From Candidatus Paceibacter sp. (GTDB lineage Bacteria; Patescibacteriota; Minisyncoccia; UBA6257; 02-FULL-45-10c), in the NCBI GenBank assembly GCA_020724845.1, contig DYGE01000002.1:35961-99960 (forward strand): a stretch of DNA of 64,000 bases, given 5' to 3'. A program made the position numbers and the translations under genes. Positions 56,520-64,000 of this stretch are shown here, piece by piece. Position 1 is the first letter of the stretch. Every line of letters begins with the position of its first letter. The notes beneath the pieces are model-generated. The model had not been told where the DNA came from, searched no databases, and worked only from the letters and a program-made list of their open reading frames with translations.

Positions 56520-56936
56520 ATGAAAATTCTTTCCAAGAAGAACAATAAATATATATTACGTTTCAGTTACCAGGAAGATTTTCAAAAAGAGCTGGGCGAG
56601 TTTTTTAAGAAAGAAAAGATTAAGGGCGGCTGGATATCCGGACTGGGCGCGCTGATTGACCCGGTGATTGCCTATTACGACCTCAAAAAGAAAAAATACC
56701 TGAAGAAAAAATTAAAAGGGTTTTTTGAAGTTTTGAATCTGGCCGGCAATATCGCCCAACTGGAAGGAGAAACAGTTACCCACATTCACATAACTCTAGG
56801 AGATAAAAATTATAAAGCTCTCGGCGGGCATTTTGTCTCCGGGAAAGTAGGCGGGACGATAGAGCTCTTGGTAGAGTCCGGCCATCTTCTGAAAAGAAAG
56901 AAAGACAAGTCAACCAGGCTCAACTTATTAAGCTAG
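56520..56936 (+). CDS. PPC-domain (DUF296) protein
   Basis: ..GGWISGLGALIDPVIAYYD..VTHIHITLG.. matches the PPC/DUF296 pattern; 138 aa. Confidence 0.45.
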   Translation: MKILSKKNNKYILRFSYQEDFQKELGEFFKKEKIKGGWISGLGALIDPVIAYYDLKKKKYLKKKLKGFFEVLNLAGNIAQLEGETVTHIHITLGDKNYKALGGHFVSGKVGGTIELLVESGHLLKRKKDKSTRLNLLS

Positions 56937-56947
56937 GACTGAAGAAT

Positions 56948-56997
56948 AAACGGCTCACTCCGCCAGCCGGCGGATGAGCCGTTTATTTTTTGATTTT
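56948..56997 (+). terminator. Rho-independent terminator
   Basis: aaacggctcactccgcc-agcc-ggcggatgagccgttt imperfect GC-rich hairpin followed by tattttttgattttt. Confidence 0.7.
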
Positions 56998-57031
56998 TAG
57001 CTGGATTAACGGTAAAATTATCATCATAGTC

Positions 57032-58222
57032 ATGAACAAAGATAGCTCTAAGCGGATATTCGGCTTGCGGCCCAACGTTTTCTGGTTGGGCCTTGTCAGT
57101 TTATTGAACGACTTTTCTTCGGAAATGATTTATTCGGTGATGCCGGCGTTTTTAACCGTGGTCCTGGGCGCGCCGCCGGTGATTGTCGGATTTATTGAGG
57201 GGTTTGCCGACGCCTTGGCCAGTGTTTTGAAAATTTATTTCGGCTGGTTTTCCGACAAAATCAAGAAGCGAAAAATTCTCGCGGTGTCCGGCTACACGCT
57301 TTCCGTTTCCACGAGGTGGTTTTTGGCGTTGGTGGGAAATTTCTGGCAGGTGTTTATTTTGCGGTCTATTGACCGCATCGGTAAAGGACTCCGTGATTCT
57401 CCGCGTGATGCCCTCCTTTCCGAATCAGTAGAGCAAAAAGAGCTTGGAAAATCTTTCGGCTATCATCGGGCGATGGATAACATCGGCGCCACTCTCGGCC
57501 CGCTTGCGGCGGTGCTAATTTTGCCGCTGATTATGAATGATTATCGGCTGCTTTTCCAGATCGGTTTTGTGATCGGCATTTTAGCAATCTTCGCTTTTGT
57601 CTTTGTGAAAGATGTAAAGAAAGAAAAGCCAACCGAACCGCATCCGCCTTTCACTTTTTCTTTGCGGGGCTATAGCCATTCTTTTCGAGTGTATCTGGCG
57701 GCGGTATTTATGTTTGGGCTTGGGTTTATGCCGATCGCGCTGATGCTTTTGAAATCGCAGGAAGTCGGTTTAAACGGTTACGCGGTGCCGCTGATGTATT
57801 TTGTCTATAATTTGTCCTTTGTTTTATTCGCTATTCCGGCTGGGAAATTGGCGGATAAAATAGGAGAAAAGAAAGTGCTGGCTTTCGGATTTCTAGCGGC
57901 TATCTTGGGTTATCTGGAACTAATACTTTTTTCCAATGTAGCCGGCGTAATTATCGGATTCATTATTCTGGGAATCTATTCAGCTTTGACCGACGGGGTT
58001 GAGCGGGCGTTTGCCGCCAAGCTGGTGCCGCAGAATAAATTGGCCACCGGGCAAGGATTTTTAAACGCCGCTGTCGGCATATCCTCGCTTTTGGCCGGAT
58101 TGATCGGCGGCATAATCTGGACGCAGTTCGGTTCGGCTCCGGCCTTGGGCTATGGCGCCGTAATGATGGTTATCGGTTTATTAACTTTCATCCATTTGAA
58201 CGGCCACAAGAAAGATTTATAA
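57032..58222 (+). CDS. MFS transporter
   Basis: About 12 hydrophobic helices with ..DRIGKGLRDSPRDALLS.. (MFS loop 2-3 motif-like). The ORF-track TTG start at 56990 lies inside the terminator, so the ATG at 57032 is preferred. Confidence 0.75.
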   Translation: MNKDSSKRIFGLRPNVFWLGLVSLLNDFSSEMIYSVMPAFLTVVLGAPPVIVGFIEGFADALASVLKIYFGWFSDKIKKRKILAVSGYTLSVSTRWFLALVGNFWQVFILRSIDRIGKGLRDSPRDALLSESVEQKELGKSFGYHRAMDNIGATLGPLAAVLILPLIMNDYRLLFQIGFVIGILAIFAFVFVKDVKKEKPTEPHPPFTFSLRGYSHSFRVYLAAVFMFGLGFMPIALMLLKSQEVGLNGYAVPLMYFVYNLSFVLFAIPAGKLADKIGEKKVLAFGFLAAILGYLELILFSNVAGVIIGFIILGIYSALTDGVERAFAAKLVPQNKLATGQGFLNAAVGISSLLAGLIGGIIWTQFGSAPALGYGAVMMVIGLLTFIHLNGHKKDL

Positions 58223-58227
58223 TAAAG

Positions 58228-59253
58228 GTGATGTCTAAAACAAAAATATCAATTAACGGATTTGGCAGGATCGGCCGGCTTTTCTTCCGCCAGGTCTGGA
58301 ATAAAAAAGATTTGGAGGTGGTGGCGATCAATGATCTGGGAGATATAGAAAATCTTGCTTACTTGTTAAAGTACGACACTGTCTACGGGCGATTCGGTTT
58401 TGATGTCAAAGTTGAAGATGGAGAACTGGTAGTTGACGGGGCTCGGGTAAAAGTTCTGCAGGAAAAAGATCCGACCAAGCTTCCCTGGGGAGAGCTGGGG
58501 GTTGATGTCGCGGTTGAGGCGACCGGAGTTTTTGAAACTTTTGAAAAAGCCAAGATGCACCTTACGGCGGGAGCGAAAAAGGTAGTGCTGACCGCGCCGG
58601 CGAAAGATGAAGATACTGAAGACGCTAAAACCATTTTGCTTGGCGTTAATGAGGAGCTTTTTAAAACCTGCAAAATTTCCTCTAACGGCTCTTGCACTAC
58701 TAACGCGACTTCTCCGGTAACGACCATCATGTCGGAAACTCTGGGGATTGAGAAAGCGTTTTTGAATACCGTACACGGCTACACCGCTACCCAAAATTTG
58801 GTTGACGGTCCTACTAGAGGGAAGGATTTTCGACGCGGCCGCGCTGCCGCTCAAAATATCGTGCCTTCAACGACCGGGGCGGCAATTTCGGTGACTAGAG
58901 GCCTGCCGGAGTTAAAAGGAAGGTTTGACGGTGTCGCTATGAGAGTCCCTACGATAACCGGCTCTTTAGCAGTTATTTCCTTTTTATCAAAGAAAGAAAC
59001 ATCAGTAGAGGAAATTAAGAGCATTTTTCGGGAGGCGGCTGAATCGCCTCGCTGGAGGGGTATTCTGGCAGTTAGCGAAGATCCGCTAGTTTCATCCGAT
59101 ATCATCGGCCAGCCATTTGGGGCTATCGTTGACTTGCAATTCACGAAAGTAATTGATAAAAATTTCGTCTCGGTTTTTTCTTGGTACGACAACGAGGCGG
59201 GATATGTTGCTACTTTAGTAGGGCATGTTCAAAAGGCTGCTGAATCGCTTTAG
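58228..59253 (+). CDS. gap: Glyceraldehyde-3-phosphate dehydrogenase
   Basis: ISINGFGRIGRLFFRQV NAD-binding N-terminus, with the active-site Cys in SNGSCTTNATSP (SNASCTTN-like). Confidence 0.9.
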   Translation: MMSKTKISINGFGRIGRLFFRQVWNKKDLEVVAINDLGDIENLAYLLKYDTVYGRFGFDVKVEDGELVVDGARVKVLQEKDPTKLPWGELGVDVAVEATGVFETFEKAKMHLTAGAKKVVLTAPAKDEDTEDAKTILLGVNEELFKTCKISSNGSCTTNATSPVTTIMSETLGIEKAFLNTVHGYTATQNLVDGPTRGKDFRRGRAAAQNIVPSTTGAAISVTRGLPELKGRFDGVAMRVPTITGSLAVISFLSKKETSVEEIKSIFREAAESPRWRGILAVSEDPLVSSDIIGQPFGAIVDLQFTKVIDKNFVSVFSWYDNEAGYVATLVGHVQKAAESL

Positions 59254-59343
59254 TTGAACCAAGAATCATGAATAATGAATCAAGGAAAATGAAAAGTATG
59301 ACAAAATTCATAATTCTTAATTCGTTATTCTTTATTCAATAGC

Positions 59344-59799
59344 ATGCTAATCTACATCGGCGCCGACCACAGGGGATTTGAACTTAAAAACGCGCTTGAG
59401 CGATATCTTAAAGACGAGGCCGGTTACGAGGTGGAGGATTGCGGCAATACGAATTATGACCCGGCTGATGATTATCCGGATTTCGCGGCCAGAGTTGCTT
59501 CCAAGGTCAGTCTGGACCCAAAAAACTCCAGGGGGATAGTTATTTGCGGATCTGGGGTGGGAATGGATGTTGTGGCGAATAAGTTTAAAAATATCCGTTC
59601 TGCTTTAGCTGCCACGCCGGACCAGGCCATGTCTTCCAGGAGGGATGATGATACTAATGTTCTTGCTTTGGCATCGGACTTTCTAACCGAGAGAGAAGCC
59701 AAGAAAATTTTAAGCGTATGGCTGCAGACGGACTTTTGCGGGGAAGAAAAATACAGGCGAAGAATTGAGAAGATAGAAAAAATAGAGGAAGAGAGATAA
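59344..59799 (+). CDS. rpiB: Ribose-5-phosphate isomerase B (RpiB/LacAB family)
   Basis: MLIYIGADHRGFELKNAL..ICGSGVGMDVVANKF are LacAB_rpiB motifs. Confidence 0.85.
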   Translation: MLIYIGADHRGFELKNALERYLKDEAGYEVEDCGNTNYDPADDYPDFAARVASKVSLDPKNSRGIVICGSGVGMDVVANKFKNIRSALAATPDQAMSSRRDDDTNVLALASDFLTEREAKKILSVWLQTDFCGEEKYRRRIEKIEKIEEER

Positions 59800-59813
59800 G
59801 ATTTTGGCGTTAT

Positions 59814-60003
59814 AACCAGAAAGTATCCTCTGTGCGGCAACTGACGGAATCCTGATTTGCTTGGTTCGCTTGCGAAAATCAGGATGAGACGTAAGCGGCG
59901 CTGATCGCAGGAATCAGCGAACGCTGGTGCCGGTAAGAGGATACTTTCTGGTTATGTTTATCAGGTGGAGGCGGTCTGAAGAGATAGTATTCAGGGTATT
60001 TCT
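59814..60003 (+). repeat. Structured repeat, copy E (forward core, left outer arm missing)
   Basis: The inner IR aaccagaaagtatcctct / agaggatactttctggtt is the same as in copy A, but the core is in the opposite orientation. The right flank atgtttatcaggtggaggcggtct(g/a)aag is shared with copy A. Confidence 0.9.
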
Positions 60004-60093
60004 TAAATAGAAGCGAAAATCTTAACATCATTTGCTTTTTTCTTTTGAAAATGTTATTTTATTAACGAGACTGGACATTGAAAAGGAGGCAGG

Positions 60094-60852
60094 ATGAGGC
60101 TATTCAAGTTCCATCCGTTCGTAAGGCTGGTGCTGGTTCGGCACGGTCAGTCAAGGAAGAACCAAGCCAAAGGGCCTTTTTATAAAGACGAACAGGAAAG
60201 AACCAAGCTGCACGTAACTAAAGATCGCTTGACTCCCTTGACGAAGGAAGGGAGGCTGCAGGCGAGGAAGGCGGGGCGCGGATTGAAGAAGTTGTTCGGC
60301 AGATTTGACCGAATTTACCACTCCGGGTTCGTTCGAGCCAAAGATACGGCGGCGGAAATCCAAAGCGTTTTTAAACCGTCGCAGAGGGTAACTCCGGAAT
60401 CGGTAATAGTTAGGCATTCCATTCGAGAGCGGAATCCCGGCTATCTGTCTGACTTTACAAATGACGAAGTCGGAGACAGATTCTCCTGGTGGGACAACTA
60501 CTATTACTACAGCGACAAGTTTCTTTTGACTCCGATCGGCGGAGAGAGCTTGATTTGTATGGCCGAAGGCCGGATACAGACTTTTCTGCGGGATTTGTCG
60601 CAGGAATTGGACAGCGTGCTAGCTAGCTGCAGTCATTCGGAGTATCACGACGGCGAGAAAGAGTTCAGAGTTCTAATCGTCTCACATGGCAGGGCTATCC
60701 AATGCATGCGTTATATCCTGGAAGAATTGAGCTACGAGGCGGCGGAAGAAATGATAGAAGGAAAAAACCCTCCGAATTGCTCCGCTACTTCTTACATCTT
60801 TGACTATTCGGGCAAGGCAGTGCTGGATTTTGAGAATAAGGTGTTCAAATAG
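60094..60852 (+). CDS. Histidine phosphatase family protein (phosphoglycerate-mutase-like)
   Basis: RLVLVRHGQS (RHG catalytic motif) and ..SHGRAIQ.. (second His). Confidence 0.7.
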   Translation: MRLFKFHPFVRLVLVRHGQSRKNQAKGPFYKDEQERTKLHVTKDRLTPLTKEGRLQARKAGRGLKKLFGRFDRIYHSGFVRAKDTAAEIQSVFKPSQRVTPESVIVRHSIRERNPGYLSDFTNDEVGDRFSWWDNYYYYSDKFLLTPIGGESLICMAEGRIQTFLRDLSQELDSVLASCSHSEYHDGEKEFRVLIVSHGRAIQCMRYILEELSYEAAEEMIEGKNPPNCSATSYIFDYSGKAVLDFENKVFK

Positions 60853-60898
60853 TTTTAGACACGCAGCCGCAAGGCTGCTTTTTTGTTATCATTATAAG

Positions 60899-61552
60899 AT
60901 GGAAGTTATACCAGCGATAAACGAAATAGAGTTTGGCGAAATAAAAAAGAAAATGGAAACAGCTCATAGATTTGGAGCCGCTTGGGTCCATTTGGATGTG
61001 GCTGACGGCAAATTTACCGCCAATCAATTATGGAATAACCATAAAGACTTAGCGGAAGTTCGCGCTTCCCGGATGCAGCATCCGCACGTGGAAATGCATC
61101 TGATGGTGGAAAATCCGGACGAAGCGCTTGACGATTGGCTGGATGCTAACGTTAATCGAATTATTGTCCATGTGGAAGCGGCAAGAGACGTGGCCGCGAT
61201 GAAAGCAAAGTGCGAAATGTTCGGCGCTGATTTAGTGCTGGCAAGCAACCCTGATACGCCGGCAGAAAAACTTCTGGCGCACAAAGAAAGCGTTGATAAC
61301 TTTTTAGTTTTAGCAGTCAATCCGGGCGTAGCGGGGCAGAAGTTTCAGGAAAGCCAATTGCAAAAAATAAAGGCCTTAAGGGAAAGCGCGCCCGGCGCCA
61401 AAATAGAAGTAGACGGCGGAGTGGATGCCGAAGTCGCCTTAAAAGTAAAGGCGGCCGGCGCCGATATCTTGGCATCGGCTTCTTATATTTGGAACAGCGA
61501 TAATCCTAAAGACGCGTACGAGGCTTTGGGCAAACTGTCTGAAGGTGCGTAA
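60899..61552 (+). CDS. rpe: Ribulose-phosphate 3-epimerase
   Basis: ..AWVHLDVADGKF..MHLMVENP..IIVHVEA..VDGGV.. are Rpe motifs. The ORF-track start at 60800 overlaps the upstream gene, so the ATG at 60899 (MEVIPAINE) is preferred. Confidence 0.85.
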   Translation: MEVIPAINEIEFGEIKKKMETAHRFGAAWVHLDVADGKFTANQLWNNHKDLAEVRASRMQHPHVEMHLMVENPDEALDDWLDANVNRIIVHVEAARDVAAMKAKCEMFGADLVLASNPDTPAEKLLAHKESVDNFLVLAVNPGVAGQKFQESQLQKIKALRESAPGAKIEVDGGVDAEVALKVKAAGADILASASYIWNSDNPKDAYEALGKLSEGA

Positions 61553-61588
61553 ATTTTTATAAAGTTTATATTCGGTTATAATAATAGT

Positions 61589-62455
61589 ATGTCGGCACTG
61601 CACGAAAAAAAGCTTAAATCTCTTGAAGAGATGGCGAATAAGATCCGCCAGGACATCATCTCTTCTTTGGTGGAAGCCAAGTCCGGCCATTCGGCTGGTC
61701 CGCTTGGGATGGCGGATATTTTCACCGCTTTTTATTTTCATATTTTAAATCACGATCCCAAGAAGCCGGACTGGCCAGAGCGGGACCGATTAGTTCTTTC
61801 TAATGGCCATATTTGCCCAGTACTTTACGCGACTTTGGCCAACGCCGGATATTTCCCGATGGAAGAATTGATGACTTTGCGTAAATTGGACAGTCGATTA
61901 CAGGGACATCCGCATCGCGGCAGCTTGCCGGGACTGGAAACGACTTCCGGTCCGCTCGGTTCCGGCATCTCCCAAGCGATTGGGATGGCGCTGGCTGCCC
62001 GCCTTGATAAAAAAAAGCAGCGAATTTATTGCCTGACATCCGACGGAGAGCATCAGGAGGGAAATACTTGGGAAGCTATTATGTTTGCCGGCAAGCAAAA
62101 ATCCAAACTGAATAATTTGACTGTGGTAATGGACAGGAACAATATCCAGATTGACGGTTTCACGGAGGAGGTAATGCCCCTGGAGCCGCTTAGGGATAAA
62201 TACGAGTCATTTGGCTGGCACGTGATTGAAGTTAGTGGTCATGATATTGAGGAATTCGTGGCAGCGGTTAATGAGGCGAAGGCAATCTATGAAAAGCCGA
62301 CGGTAATAATCGCTCACACTATTCCTGGCAAAGGAGTGAGTTTCATGGAGAACGATTATACCTGGCACGGCAAGCCGCCGAAGCCGGAAGAGGCGGAGAT
62401 TGCCCTGAAAGAGTTGCGGACGCTGGAAGGCAGGATTAAATCAGAGCATGAGTAG
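61589..62455 (+). CDS. Transketolase, N-terminal (TPP-binding) subunit
   Basis: ..KSGHSAGPLGMADIFTAFYF..LVLSNGHICPVLYATLANAGY..QGHPH.. and ..LTSDGEHQEGNTWEA.. are transketolase N-terminal motifs; 288 aa. Confidence 0.88.
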   Translation: MSALHEKKLKSLEEMANKIRQDIISSLVEAKSGHSAGPLGMADIFTAFYFHILNHDPKKPDWPERDRLVLSNGHICPVLYATLANAGYFPMEELMTLRKLDSRLQGHPHRGSLPGLETTSGPLGSGISQAIGMALAARLDKKKQRIYCLTSDGEHQEGNTWEAIMFAGKQKSKLNNLTVVMDRNNIQIDGFTEEVMPLEPLRDKYESFGWHVIEVSGHDIEEFVAAVNEAKAIYEKPTVIIAHTIPGKGVSFMENDYTWHGKPPKPEEAEIALKELRTLEGRIKSEHE

Positions 62456-62531
62456 CGTCCGCTGATTGTCGGTTTGTTATAATTATAAAGACACAGAAAG
62501 GTCGTAAAAGTAATCTATCAATCTTAAAAAT

Positions 62532-62795
62532 ATGCATATGATGAAAGGAAAATGGCATAAGTATTGCTGGTGGTTCGGGGGCCTTCTCTGGACTTTGGCA
62601 GCTTTGTCAGTTCTTCTTGCTTGGTGGGCAGTTTATCGCCGAGGGCTAGTTCTCGGTCTTGAGCCGCTCGCTTGGTATTGGAACGCTTTAGTTCTTGGCG
62701 TACTTGCTTTGGGCTGCAAGAGCGATTGCGGATCCTGCGGATCTTGCGGCGCTTGCGGAACCTGTATGCCGGAGGAAAAAGGAGGAGAAATGTAG
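62532..62795 (+). CDS. Small hydrophobic protein with C-terminal Cys-rich tail (CxxCGSCGSCGACGTC)
   Basis: 87 aa with two predicted TM segments, then CKSDCGSCGSCGACGTCMPEEKGG. Coding status is uncertain: there are overlapping ORFs on both strands and the DNA here is a simple repeat. Confidence 0.3.
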   Translation: MHMMKGKWHKYCWWFGGLLWTLAALSVLLAWWAVYRRGLVLGLEPLAWYWNALVLGVLALGCKSDCGSCGSCGACGTCMPEEKGGEM

Positions 62796-62936
62796 TTTTT
62801 ATTGAGCTCAATAAAAATACGCAAGGAGAGTTCCTTGTCTCGCCGGATCCGCCAGTTGGCGGAGTAGGCGGATCGAGAATTTTCATGCCCCGCATGATAG
62901 TGCGGGGAAGAAAGCTCTTGAATTCAATTACGCATA

Positions 62937-63950
62937 ATGCTTAACAAATCAGCAAAACTTAGCCCAAAAATTTTTGATAAGGACATAGATCAGAAGCCGA
63001 CCCGTGATGGTTATGGGCAGGGTTTGGTAGTGGCGGGCGAAAAAAATCCCAATGTCGTGGTTCTTTGCGCCGATCTTACCGAATCAACCCGCTCCCATCT
63101 TTTCGCTGAAAAATTCCCGGAAAGATTTTTTGAAGTTGGCGTGGCGGAACAGAATCTGGCGACTATTGCTTCCGGTCTGGGCGTTAGCGGCAAAATTCCA
63201 TTCGTGTCTTCCTATGCCACTTTTTCGCCTGGCAGGAACTGGGAGCAAATCCGCACTACTATTTCTTACAATGATTCAAATGTGAAAATAGCCGGAGCGC
63301 ATGCGGGCATTTCGGTTGGCCCCGATGGAGCGACTCACCAGGCGATTGAAGATATAGCGACTATGCGGGTCATGGCCAATATGAAAGTCTTTGTGCCTTG
63401 CGACGCGGTTGAGGCCGAAAAAGCTACGGTAGCCGCGGCGAAAATTTGGGGCCCGGTTTATCTCCGTTTCGGCAGAGAGAAGATGCCGGTCTTCACTACT
63501 GAAGAAACCCCTTTTACTCCGGGTAAGGCTGAAATCTTCTGGGAATCCTCCGGGAAGGGTTCCAGGGCAAAAAAGCCGCAAGTCGCGATTATCGGCTGCG
63601 GTTCTTTGGTGCATAACGCGTTATTAGCCGCTAAAGATTTGGAAGAGGAGGGGATCGGCACGATGGTCATCAATAATCACACTATCAAGCCATTAGACGA
63701 GAAGACGATTTTGGAAGCGGCAGAACGGTGCGGCGCCGTGGTAACTGTTGAGGAGCATCAGGTTCTCGGCGGATTAGGCGGAGCGATATCCGAACTACTG
63801 GCGAGGAAGCTGCCAATGCCGATGGAGTTCGTCGGGATGCAGAACACTTTTGGCGAATCCGGTGAGCCGAAAGAGTTGATAGAAAAGTACGGGATGGGCG
63901 CAAAAGACATAAAAGCGGCAGTCAAGAAAGTACTAAAAAGGAAAAGATAA
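62937..63950 (+). CDS. Transketolase, C-terminal (pyrimidine-binding) subunit
   Basis: ..FEVGVAEQNLATIASGL..YATFSPGRNWEQIR..GPDGATHQAIEDIATMRVMANM.. are transketolase Pyr/C-terminal motifs; 337 aa. Confidence 0.88.
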   Translation: MLNKSAKLSPKIFDKDIDQKPTRDGYGQGLVVAGEKNPNVVVLCADLTESTRSHLFAEKFPERFFEVGVAEQNLATIASGLGVSGKIPFVSSYATFSPGRNWEQIRTTISYNDSNVKIAGAHAGISVGPDGATHQAIEDIATMRVMANMKVFVPCDAVEAEKATVAAAKIWGPVYLRFGREKMPVFTTEETPFTPGKAEIFWESSGKGSRAKKPQVAIIGCGSLVHNALLAAKDLEEEGIGTMVINNHTIKPLDEKTILEAAERCGAVVTVEEHQVLGGLGGAISELLARKLPMPMEFVGMQNTFGESGEPKELIEKYGMGAKDIKAAVKKVLKRKR

Positions 63951-63964
63951 GAATTTAGCAGTAA

Positions 63965-64000
63965 AACAGCTCTATACTATTTTTGATACTCGGGCTGCGC
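63965..64000 (+). repeat. Start of a further repeat copy (left outer arm), truncated by the window end
   Basis: cagctctatactatttttgatactcgggctgcgc aligns with copy A's left arm cagaaagagtattttctttagactcgggctgcgc. Confidence 0.6.

Noticed and set aside
56990-57031. ORF-track TTG start of the MFS transporter.
   Set aside because: The start lies within the T-run of the upstream terminator hairpin; the ATG at 57032 is preferred.
62633-62944. Overlapping small ORFs around 62633..62944 on both strands.
   Set aside because: This is low-complexity repeat DNA (tgcggatcctgcggatcttgcgg...). Only the + strand TM+Cys ORF is listed, tentatively, and the others are treated as noise.
1-64000. Prophage, integrase, transposase, toxin-antitoxin or CRISPR-Cas content.
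   Set aside because: No integrase, transposase, capsid, terminase or Cas-like motifs were seen in any of the six frames. Mobile-element signals are confined to the short non-coding repeats.

Overview
The window is a 64-kb, gene-dense fragment with about 45% GC. Nearly all genes sit on the + strand, many with 4-20 bp start/stop overlaps. The gene content and style are consistent with a small-genome, Patescibacteria/CPR-like bacterium, but that is an inference, not a classification.

Layout:
- 1-43 kb: a very large cell-surface glycan biosynthesis locus. It contains at least 7 GT1-type (GT4-like) glycosyltransferases, 2 GT2 glycosyltransferases and a WbaP-like priming phosphotransferase. It has two Wzx-like flippases and an O-antigen-ligase/TPR fusion. 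A GDP-mannose 4,6-dehydratase sits next to a ColD-like PLP 3-dehydratase (His in place of the Schiff-base Lys) and an RmlD-like reductase. There are two nonulosonic-acid gene sets (NeuB x2, NeuC, NeuA-like x2). There are four paralogous TagF-like (YAPT-motif) polyol-phosphate/GT-B transferases and two Cys4-ribbon methyltransferases. The locus also holds an FkbM methyltransferase, a PhyH-like dioxygenase, an SDR, an aldehyde dehydrogenase and a fused 632-aa transketolase-like enzyme.
- 43-45 kb: a thiol-redox trio of DsbA-like, glutaredoxin-like and TrxB proteins.
- 45-52 kb: a PaaX-like regulator flanked by two related perfect palindromes, and a 1570-aa secreted protein. The latter has an N-terminal zinc-dependent phospholipase-C-like domain, three lamin-tail domains and FN3-like modules.
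- 52-64 kb: housekeeping carbon metabolism, namely a SpoU methyltransferase, GlgA, a GH57 enzyme, GAPDH, RpiB, a histidine phosphatase, Rpe and a split transketolase.

No rRNA, tRNA or CRISPR array was recognised.

The most striking unexplained signal is a family of structured intergenic repeats with at least 6 copies, one every ~10 kb. Copies are palindrome-bounded, have a conserved ~115-nt core, and lie at 8827, 10201, 12697, 32378, 59814 and the window end. The core carries three helices supported by multiple compensatory substitutions between copies. One copy holds the core in inverted orientation between perfect inner and outer inverted repeats. This suggests either a structured RNA (leader or sRNA or ribozyme-like) or a MITE/invertible element family that appears undescribed.
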